This document shows, piece after piece, positions 1-6,992 of a stretch of 56,267 nucleotides of DNA. Every line of letters starts with the position of its first letter. The first letter of the stretch is position 1. A program made the position numbers and the translations under genes. The stretch spans positions 1-56,267 of the forward strand of contig JAWOGL010000232.1 in NCBI GenBank assembly GCA_046496945.1. Direction: 5' to 3'. Under the pieces are notes generated by a model, which did no database searches, was not told the origin of the DNA, and saw only the letters and a program-made list of their open reading frames with translations. The stretch is from Desulfonatronovibrio sp. GTDB lineage: Bacteria > Desulfobacterota > Desulfovibrionia > Desulfovibrionales > Desulfonatronovibrionaceae.

Positions 1-45
1 ACAAAGACAAAGTACCCTACGTGCCTCTTTTGTCATGAGGATTAA
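1..45 (+). CDS. 3' end of a gene entering from the left edge; ends in a CxxCH motif (possible c-type cytochrome)
   Basis: Frame 1 reads TKTKYPTCLFCHED* with TAA at 43-45. Only 14 codons are visible. Confidence 0.3.
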   Translation, partial: TKTKYPTCLFCHED

Positions 46-610
46 ATGATTTGACGGCCTTTGGCAGGATGGGATTGTAGCTGAGACAGCCTCATCCTGC
101 TAAGACTCGTGGCCCGTTCTTGCGCATCAGGCAGGGGATGTCAGGCAGCTATAGAGAGGCTTCATGAGAAGGATACTGTGAGCAGGTCGAATGTTTAAAA
201 AACTGCCTTGGACCATATCCGCCGTGGATTCCAACTGACAACATAACGGCTATGGACCTGAGGTAGTCCTCTCCAATTATTTTAAAGACTGCCAGAATAA
301 ATCTTGATAATTCAGGCAGGGTTAAACTTCTCTTTGAGCATGCACGTAGTCTTGCCCCTCATGTATCCTCAATCAGGTTATCAAAACACACTGCCCAAAG
401 CTACTACAGCGGCCTTCTCCACAGGCCCAGCCTCATAAAATTCTTGCTATTACTTTCCTGTACTGCTTATTTACCGACACAGGCAGAAACTCCCTCCACT
501 GATTTCGTAACTCGAATTTTCTGAACTGCCAACAAACCCAGTGCCAACTACTGCCAACCAAGTTGGCTCCAACTTAAGGCTGATCGCGGCTGGCTTCTTT
601 ACGCAACGTG
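46..610. repeat. ~550-bp island repeat, copy A (full length)
   Basis: Aligns by eye with 1648-2200, 3620-3940 and 4537-4642. Shared blocks include ctttggcaggatggg, ggaccatatccgcc, ttcaggcagggttaaacttctc, ccgacacaggcagaaactccctccactgatttcgtaactc and ccagtgccaac. Confidence 0.9.
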
Positions 611-695
611 CTGATTTTAAGAGTTTTATTGTATGGCATAGATAGTGCTTTTATACTGATAATATCACCACCCAACCAACCAAAGAGGAACGATT

Positions 696-1064
696 ATGAT
701 TACAATGCGGAAAACGGATTCGAAAAAAGTTGCCTGTGCGCTGATCATCGCCTGCGCCCTGGCCTTGACAGCGGTCACGCCTGCGTTGGCTGACGAGAAT
801 TATGCCTGCAGGTGTAAAGGTATTAAGCACTGGATTCTGTTCGTACCCTCGTATGCCAACTGCGGAAACGATTTTGCCAGTGGCAGAAAAGGCGAAGTGA
901 TACAAGGCATCTCCCGTGACGGTCTCTCCAGCTATATTCCTTCCGGAGTCATCGGTCAGGTAACTTCAGGGAACTCGCAATGCGGATATTACCCTGATTC
1001 AGGATGGAACTGCGTGGAGATGAGCGGAAGTTCCATTCCGGATTGCATTAACAAAATGCGTTAA
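696..1064 (+). CDS. Small secreted Cys-rich hypothetical protein
   Basis: AGAGGA RBS upstream; Sec-type signal peptide ending ALA|DE; six Cys in the mature part. Confidence 0.75.
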   Translation: MITMRKTDSKKVACALIIACALALTAVTPALADENYACRCKGIKHWILFVPSYANCGNDFASGRKGEVIQGISRDGLSSYIPSGVIGQVTSGNSQCGYYPDSGWNCVEMSGSSIPDCINKMR

Positions 1065-1196
1065 CAACTATCAGTAATCCGGGATGTCTGTTGTCGCTTA
1101 CATGTATGATTTTAGATTCATAAAGTTTTGCCATGGGATGGGTCGTGCTTAACGAGATGCAAGCCCCTACGGTCCACCCTTAACAGGAGAAATATC

Positions 1197-1628
1197 ATGA
1201 AGAAGCTTCTCGCGGTTGCAACTATGGCGGTTATGCTTTGCCTGACCGGGCTGGTCATTTCAGGGACAGCCATTGCCCAGCAGTGCGTGGACAACGGGGA
1301 TGGAACAGTGACGGACAACGGCACTGGCCTGATGTGGCAAAAGGCGACGGCTGGACCTATGAACTGGGATGCGGCTATGAGCTATGCCTCCAGCCTTTCA
1401 CTGGGCGGTCATTCCGGCTGGGGGCTGCCGAGCAAGGATGAATTATTGGGGCTGTACCATGGGCCGTCATGTCGCGATATGATGGACGTGCGAAAAGACT
1501 ATTACTGGTCGTCTACTACCTACGCCCTCTATACGGACTACGCATGGCTCGTGAACTACCTCGGCGGCGTGGGCAGTAGCGATAAGTCGGGTAGTTACTA
1601 CATTCGTGCCGTGCGTGCCGGACAGTGA
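1197..1628 (+). CDS. Secreted DUF1566 (Lcl C-terminal, CLec-fold) protein, putative DGR target 1
   Basis: AGGAG RBS before ATG 1197; signal peptide; motifs DNGDGTVTD-x2-TGLMWQ, W-x-LPS-x2-EL, YWSST and terminal IRAVR. Confidence 0.9.
   Translation: MKKLLAVATMAVMLCLTGLVISGTAIAQQCVDNGDGTVTDNGTGLMWQKATAGPMNWDAAMSYASSLSLGGHSGWGLPSKDELLGLYHGPSCRDMMDVRKDYYWSSTTYALYTDYAWLVNYLGGVGSSDKSGSYYIRAVRAGQ
1491..1628 (+). repeat. Putative DGR variable region VR1 with IMH-like 3' end
   Basis: Compared with 4374-4514: the first 36 nt and last 23 nt are identical, and internal differences fall mostly at positions 1-2 of NNC/NNT codons. Confidence 0.75.
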
Positions 1629-1647
1629 TGGGTGCTTTGGCACTTGG

Positions 1648-2200
1648 ATGATTTGATTCTTTGGCAGGATGGGGTTGTCGCTGGGGCAGCCCTATCACGC
1701 GGATGCAGTTGGATCTTTTTATGCATCAGGCAGGGGGGTATCCAGACAGCTATGGAGAGACTTCATTAGAAGGATACAGTGCACAGTCAAAAAGTGTTTA
1801 AAAGACTGCCCTGGACCATATCCGCCTTGGGTTCCAACTGGACAACAATCCGGCTATGCCTGTGTAGTAGTTCTATCCGATTATTTTGTAGACTGCCAAA
1901 TGAAAGCTTGATAATTCAGGCAGGGTTGAACTTTTCTCAGAGCATGCACGTAGGCTTGCCCCCATTACCCGATACAGTGTCAAGTCGTCCTGCCTATTAA
2001 AAAAGCTGCCATCATCAACATTGCAACCATCATATAATCCTTGAAAACTCCTTTCAAGGCTGGTTAATTTTCATGAAGGGCAAAACTCCCCCACTATTCC
2101 CGCAGCTTAATGCCCTGAGCAGTCCATAACTCCAGTGCCAACTGCCCACCAGGTTGCCGCCAACCTATGACTGACCGTGGCTGGCTGCTTTTCACAACAT
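1648..2200. repeat. ~550-bp island repeat, copy B (full length, 3' half more diverged)
   Basis: Starts 20 nt after the DUF1566 stop; colinear with copy A through ctga(t/c)cg(c/t)ggctggct. Confidence 0.88.
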
Positions 2201-2374
2201 ATTGTTATTATTCTCCGTAACCTCCATCCTTAAGCCAGGCGTTTATAATCTCAATCTCTTTTTTGGTATAGCTGTGATGATTTCTGCTGCCAAAGCTCTA
2301 ATCCAGGGGTCCTGTCCGTATTTTTCTTCCAAGGTCGACTGAATCCTAACTGGTTCCAAGGCGTTGTGTTTTCG

Positions 2375-2450
2375 TGTGAGCCGATTAAGACATTTAATCG
2401 GCTCACAATTACTATTGATAGTGAGCCGTTTGTATGATATGTTTGGCTCA
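2375..2450 (+). promoter_or_regulatory. Tandem palindromic operators TGAGCC-N17-GGCTCA upstream of the Fic gene
   Basis: Perfect 14-bp inverted repeat at 2375-2388 / 2394-2407; a second site at 2422-2450 has the same spacing and overlaps the A of the ATG. Confidence 0.65.
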
Positions 2451-3562
2451 TGAGACAATACAACTGGCAAAAATCCGATTGGCCGTATTTTACTTACAGT
2501 CTTTCAGGACTTGAAGACAAGCTATTTGAGTTTGCAGAAAAAATAGGTCGGATATCAGGCATACTGGATTCTTTACCAGAAGATATTCAGCAAGAAACGC
2601 TCATCAATATGATGTTGGAAGAAGCCATTAAAACTTCCGAAATTGAAGGAGAGTATATAAGCCGACAAGATGTATTGTCCTCCATTCGCAAAAATCTGGG
2701 GCTGCACGTTTCTGCTTCGATGATAAAAGATCCAAAAGCCGAAGGGCTGGGTCAGCTTATGATTGATGTAAGAAATTCATTCAAAGAACCTCTTTCCATA
2801 CAAAAGCTTTTCCACTGGCACCGGATGTTATTCGGTGCCAGTGACAATATCATGGTCGGCAATTGGAGAACTCATGACGAGCCTATGCAGGTTATATCTG
2901 GAGCCATTGGAAAGGAAAAAGTTCATTTTGAAGCTCCACCGTCCTCGCAGATTCCATCTGAAATGGATCGATTTATCCATTGGTTCAATGAGACCAAACC
3001 GACCGGAAAGAAACCATTACCAAACACTTTGGTTCGAAGCGCGATTGCCCATTTGTATTTTGAGACGATTCATCCTTTTGAAGATGGCAATGGACGAATC
3101 GGACGGGCTATTGCCGAAAAGTCCTTGTCTCAAGGTATAAACCGTCCTGTTTTGTTAAGCTTGTCTGATACCATAGAAGCCAATAAAAGAGATTATTATG
3201 ATGCATTGAAAGTTGGTCAGCGATCAAACGAGGTTACCAAATGGATACACTACTTTATTGATACAGTCCTCCAGGCTCAGGATAAAGCAGAAAAACAAAT
3301 AGAATTTACTCTGCAAAAAGTTAAGTTTTTTGACAAGTATGAACTTCAGCTTAGCGAACGCCAAAAGAAAGTAATCAACAGGATGTTGGATGAAGGCCCG
3401 GACGGCTTTGAGGGCGGGATGAATGCAAGAAAATATATCGGAATAACCAAAGTCTCAAAAGCTACTGCAACAAGAGATATCCAGCAGTTGGTAGATTTGG
3501 GAGTACTTGTGCGTTATGGAAAAGCAGGTGGAAGAAGTACTAGTTATCGTGTGAACCTATAG
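2450..3562 (+). CDS. Fic family protein (DUF4172-type N-terminus, Fic domain, C-terminal wHTH)
   Basis: Canonical HPFEDGNGRIGR motif; N-terminal YNWQxxDWPxF; C-terminal SKATATRDIQQLV HTH; AT-rich. Confidence 0.95.
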   Translation: MRQYNWQKSDWPYFTYSLSGLEDKLFEFAEKIGRISGILDSLPEDIQQETLINMMLEEAIKTSEIEGEYISRQDVLSSIRKNLGLHVSASMIKDPKAEGLGQLMIDVRNSFKEPLSIQKLFHWHRMLFGASDNIMVGNWRTHDEPMQVISGAIGKEKVHFEAPPSSQIPSEMDRFIHWFNETKPTGKKPLPNTLVRSAIAHLYFETIHPFEDGNGRIGRAIAEKSLSQGINRPVLLSLSDTIEANKRDYYDALKVGQRSNEVTKWIHYFIDTVLQAQDKAEKQIEFTLQKVKFFDKYELQLSERQKKVINRMLDEGPDGFEGGMNARKYIGITKVSKATATRDIQQLVDLGVLVRYGKAGGRSTSYRVNL

Positions 3563-3619
3563 CTCTATCTTAAGAAACGTAAGGAATGTTCAAGTTGCCC
3601 TGAATTGGCTCTGATATTT

Positions 3620-3940
3620 CTATGGCCATGGCATAATCCTGTTCAATTATTCTGAAGACTTCCGGGATAAAGTTTGATTATTCAGGCAGGCTTAAACTTC
3701 TCTCAGAGCATGCGCGTAGTCTTGACCACCATGTATCCGCAATCAGGCCAGTCAAATCATTTTGACCAAAGCAACCCCTGCTGCCTTCACCACCGGCCCA
3801 GCCTCATAAAAAATCTTGCTATTGCTTCCCTATACTGCTTATTCACCGACACAGGCAGAAACTCCCTCCACTGATTTCGTAACTCAAATTTCCTGAACCG
3901 CCAATAAACTCCAGTGCCAACCACTGCCAAACAAGTTGGC
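3620..3940. repeat. Island repeat, copy C (5'-truncated)
   Basis: Matches ~250-568 of copy A, including an identical block of ~40 nt (accgacacaggcagaaactccctccactgatttcgtaactc). Confidence 0.9.
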
Positions 3941-4070
3941 GCACACTTTGAGGCCTAATCAAGGAGTTTTTTTCCCTTTTATGTTGTTATTACTCACTTT
4001 TTTATTCTGGTATGTATAATGCTTATAAACAGGAAACCTGGACAAGATTATTTAACTTAAAGAGGAAGAC

Positions 4071-4514
4071 ATGAGGGCAGTACAACAAAAGTGGCTTGTA
4101 ATCGTGGCAATGGCATTCATGCTTTGTCTGGCCGGGCTGGTCCTTTCAGGGACGGCCTTTGCCGACAGGTGCATGGATAACGGGGATGGGACTGTGACTG
4201 ATAACGGTACGGGCTTGATGTGGCAGAAGGCAACGGCTGGTCCAATGAAATGGGATACGGCCATGAGTTATGCCTCCGGACTTTCACTGAGAGGACATTC
4301 CGGCTGGGGGTTGCCGAGCAGGGATGAATTATCAGGACTGTTTAATTCGCCGTGTCGCAATATGATGGACGACCGAAAAGACTATTACTGGTCGTCTACT
4401 ACCTACGCCAACGATACGCTCGGCGCGTGGCACGTGTACTTCTACAACGGCAACGTGAACGTCAGCCATAAGTCGAATAGTTACTACGTTTGTGCCGTGC
4501 GTGCCGGACAGTGA
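4071..4514 (+). CDS. Secreted DUF1566 (Lcl C-terminal, CLec-fold) protein, putative DGR target 2
   Basis: AGAGGA RBS; signal peptide; same motifs as 1197-1628; C-terminus AWHVYFYNGNVNVSHKSNSYYVCAVRAGQ. Confidence 0.92.
   Translation: MRAVQQKWLVIVAMAFMLCLAGLVLSGTAFADRCMDNGDGTVTDNGTGLMWQKATAGPMKWDTAMSYASGLSLRGHSGWGLPSRDELSGLFNSPCRNMMDDRKDYYWSSTTYANDTLGAWHVYFYNGNVNVSHKSNSYYVCAVRAGQ
4374..4514 (+). repeat. Putative DGR variable region VR2 with IMH-like 3' end
   Basis: Paralogous to 1491-1628; retains four AAC codons and one AAT at variable sites. Confidence 0.75.
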
Positions 4515-4536
4515 TGGGCGATTTGATTCTTCGGAT

Positions 4537-4642
4537 ATTTGACCCTTTGGCAGGATGGGGTTATCGCTGAGGCAGCCCTATCACGCGGATGCAGTTGGAG
4601 CTTTTTATGCGTCAGGCAGGTATGGTCAGTCTTCATGAGAAG
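4537..4642. repeat. Island repeat, copy D (5' ~100 bp only)
   Basis: Near-identical to the start of copy B (ctttggcaggatggggtt...ggcagccctatcacgcggatgcagttgga...tcaggcagg). Confidence 0.88.
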
Positions 4643-5132
4643 AATCAGGCTATTTTTCTGAGATAGTCCAGCCCCCTGAATTTTGAAGACTACCTGCCTC
4701 CCGAAGCTGCTGATCCAGGGGGCATGCTTCGGGGCAGGCTATACTATCCATATACCAAAATGATCGCCTATGACTCTGAGGGGATAAGCCTTGGGCGATT
4801 CTGGGATGGAACAGAAAACAATGGAAGGCTCAAAGGATGTGGAAAAGGGCTGGAGTTACTGTGGACAAAATGATTCAACTGTTGCAGAGTCTTGATTGCT
4901 GAATCACTCAGGAAATGAAGGATCATGCCGTGGCCGAGCTGCTTACTGAAAAAGTGTTTGGGGCAGAGGAATGATCAGTTTTTTTAGCTATTGATATTGT
5001 GAAGACTGGCAAAAGAAAGTTTGACAATTTAGGCATTTTTGGACTTCTATCAGAACATGACTATATTCAATAAGTACGCAGCAAAAACAACTCAAGGGCC
5101 TGCTGGCCCATAAATATGGCTGAGATCAAAAA

Positions 5133-5402
5133 ATGCCTGTTTTATCAATATTTTTCGGCATCATTATAAGGATGAGACATGATGACCATCCCCCTCCACA
5201 CATACACGCTGCTTATCAGGGATTTGAGGCCTTGATTGAAATCAAAACAGGCACCATAACCGATGGATACCTTCCGAATAAAGCAGAAAAAATTGTTAAA
5301 GAATGGTGTCTTGTACATCAGGCTGAACTGCTTGAAAACTGGGAAAGGGCACAGCGTTTTGAACCCTTGGAACGTATACAGGGAGCTGACTTCGATGATT
5401 AA
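5133..5402 (+). CDS. DUF4160 family protein (putative toxin of a DUF4160/DUF2442 TA pair)
   Basis: MP-x-LS-x-FFGIIIRM...DHPPPHIHA motif and W...H..EL.ENW signature; 89 aa. Confidence 0.88.
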   Translation: MPVLSIFFGIIIRMRHDDHPPPHIHAAYQGFEALIEIKTGTITDGYLPNKAEKIVKEWCLVHQAELLENWERAQRFEPLERIQGADFDD

Positions 5403-5643
5403 AATTACTCAGGCCAAATATCTTGGCGACTACCAGGTTGAGTTGTCATTTTCTGATGGAATGACCGGAATTTTTGACGGAAAATCTCTTTTAAAAAGAA
5501 GCGGTCCTTTACTGAAACCATTAAATGATGAGCTCTTTTTTCAACGTTTTTTTGTAGACTTTGGAGCTTTGAGCTGGCCTCATGGGCTGGAATTGTCGCC
5601 AGCCAAACTCTATCAGAGCTGCAATCTGCACAAGGCCGCTTAG
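5395..5643 (+). CDS. DUF2442 family protein (putative antitoxin)
   Basis: ATG at 5395 overlaps the upstream gene; Y-x-V-x-L-x-FSDG and LSWPHGLELSP motifs. Confidence 0.85.
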   Translation: MIKITQAKYLGDYQVELSFSDGMTGIFDGKSLLKRSGPLLKPLNDELFFQRFFVDFGALSWPHGLELSPAKLYQSCNLHKAA

Positions 5644-5675
5644 TACCATTCTACCTTATACAAAGCCTGGACCAT

Positions 5676-5792
5676 TCAAGCCAGAGGCAACGTAAAGCTG
5701 ACTGTAGTTCCCTGGCCTGGCTCACTTTCAATCCAGATCTTTTCGCCATACTGTTCAATGAACTATTTGCACAGAATCAAACCCAGCCCGGT
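5676..5792 (-). pseudogene. C-terminal remnant of a histidine kinase HATPase_c domain
   Basis: Minus strand reads [37 protein letters not shown]: G2 box and terminal strands, with an internal stop. Confidence 0.8.
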
Positions 5793-5909
5793 GACCGGGA
5801 AAAATTTCTGGATGCCGGAATGGATGATTATATAGGAAAACCTGTTAATCTGGAGGACTTTCAAAGGGTGTTTAGTAAGTTCTTTGGAGTTAAGGAAATG
5901 CAGGCTTGA
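5781..5909 (+). pseudogene. C-terminal remnant of a receiver (REC) domain
   Basis: Plus strand reads TQPGDREKFLDAGMDDYIGKPVNLEDFQRVFSKFFGVKEMQA*; no start and no N-terminal part. Confidence 0.8.
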
Positions 5910-6084
5910 TTTTCAACAATCCGGCTATCAGTCTTGACATTTCTAAGCTTAATTACCTGTAATGACAAGCAAAAATAAGGCTTCATTTTTTTCAGCAGGC
6001 TCGGGCAAATTAAAAGATTCGAAGATGCCACCCTCTGTGCCGGGTTTATAGCTGACTGCAGGAATCATTATTCCAGGATAATTA

Positions 6085-6354
6085 TTATTTGCCGGTGTCT
6101 GTCTTTTCCATTGGGATTATCTTTGCCCCTTGTCTCAGGCTGTCCAGATAATCAGCCCACCACTGCATTATTTTGCGACGATCATCCAGGTAAAGTGCCC
6201 GGTTGTAAATACCTCTGATGGTGTTTTTATCCACGTGAGCCATCTGTATTTCAATTACCCTGGAATCCCAGAGACCGGATTCATGCAGACCGGTTGAACC
6301 TATGCTCCTGAATCCATGAGCGCCCATCTGCCCTTTGGAAATACCTATGACACG
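6085..6354 (-). pseudogene. Truncated P4-like tyrosine integrase (C-terminal catalytic part only)
   Basis: HGFRS...AH...IRGIYNRA-x-YL..RR..MQWWADYLD; ~90 aa; lies just downstream of the tRNA-Leu 3' end. Confidence 0.88.
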
Positions 6355-6379
6355 CTGACATCAAAGAATCCAGGCGCAC

Positions 6380-6413
6380 AAAAAAGAAAAGCCCGGACAA
6401 TATGCCCGGGCTT
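6380..6413 (-). terminator. Rho-independent terminator after tRNA-Leu
   Basis: Minus strand AAGCCCGGGCA-TAT-TGTCCGGGCTT followed by a T-rich run. Confidence 0.7.
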
Positions 6414-6468
6414 AAGCTTTGAATTTATTTACTTTATTTGTTCAGTCTGACCTGACTGGATTTGTTGA

Positions 6469-6554
6469 TGGTGCCGAAGGGGGGACTCGAACCCCCACGA
6501 GCGTTGCTCACTACCCCCTCAAGATAGCGTGTCTACCGGTTCCACCACTTCGGC
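6469..6554 (-). tRNA. tRNA-Leu(GAG)
   Basis: GCCGAAG acceptor stem, anticodon arm CTATC-TTGAGGG-GGTAG, long variable arm, GGTTCGAGTCC, CCA end; sits downstream of secG. Confidence 0.95.
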
Positions 6555-6616
6555 ATTGAAAATGTGCTTAAAAAGAAAGTGTCAGATATTCTTTGTTTGC
6601 GGCTTTGTCCAGATTT

Positions 6617-6961
6617 TTATTGGGCGGTTTCCTGAGGAATGTCCTCATCATCGCGTGCCCCCTGAACAGGAAGGGCCGGAGCCATATCACCCCGTGCGCT
6701 TTCATCCAGTATAATTGAACTTGGCTGGGTAGAATGCTTTTTGGCACTCATATAGGTAAAAGTAAGGGAAGTACAGAAAAAGACTACAGCCACACCCACG
6801 GTCAGTTTGGACAAGAGACCCCCAGCACCGCTGCTGCCGAAAAGACTTCCGCCGCCACCGCCGAAGATTACACCCATTCCCTGCTGTCCGGACTGAAGAA
6901 GGACCAGTATAACCAGAGAAATGCATGAAATAATGTGGATTGTTATGATCAAGGTTTGCAA
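6617..6961 (-). CDS. secG: Preprotein translocase subunit SecG
   Basis: LVLLQSG...GMG..FGGG...LFGSSGAGGLLSKLT; probable TTG start at 6961. Confidence 0.93.
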   Translation of the reverse strand: MQTLIITIHIISCISLVILVLLQSGQQGMGVIFGGGGGSLFGSSGAGGLLSKLTVGVAVVFFCTSLTFTYMSAKKHSTQPSSIILDESARGDMAPALPVQGARDDEDIPQETAQ

Positions 6962-6992
6962 AAGATTACCCCCAGGCAAAAATATTGTTATT

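Noticed and set aside
524-575. gccaac/gttggc motifs in the repeat as integron attC cores
   Set aside because: They do not fit RYYYAAC...GTTRRRY geometry, the repeat is too long, and the nearby integrase remnant looks P4-like rather than IntI-like.
1128-1196. Longer N-terminus for the first DUF1566 gene, as in the ORF track
   Set aside because: The RBS, the signal peptide and the paralogue alignment all point to ATG 1197.
1669-2000. Short + strand ORFs inside repeat copies (1669-1911, 1779-2000, also 3674-3874)
   Set aside because: Starts, stops and frames are not conserved between copies.
2243-2470. Minus-strand 75-aa ORF upstream of the Fic gene
   Set aside because: It overlaps the Fic start and operators. 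Its 3' end could be a gene remnant, but I recognise no family.
4374-4514. VR2 as the DGR template repeat for VR1
   Set aside because: It lies in an intact CDS and has non-A bases where VR1 differs (ctc/gac, ggc/tac, tac/aac, cat/gat), so both look like diversified copies of a third sequence.
46-4642. CRISPR array
   Set aside because: The repeats are hundreds of bp long, diverged and separated by genes; no cas genes are present.
4643-5000. Possible gene fragments after repeat D
   Set aside because: Short reading frames broken by stops, with no recognisable motif.
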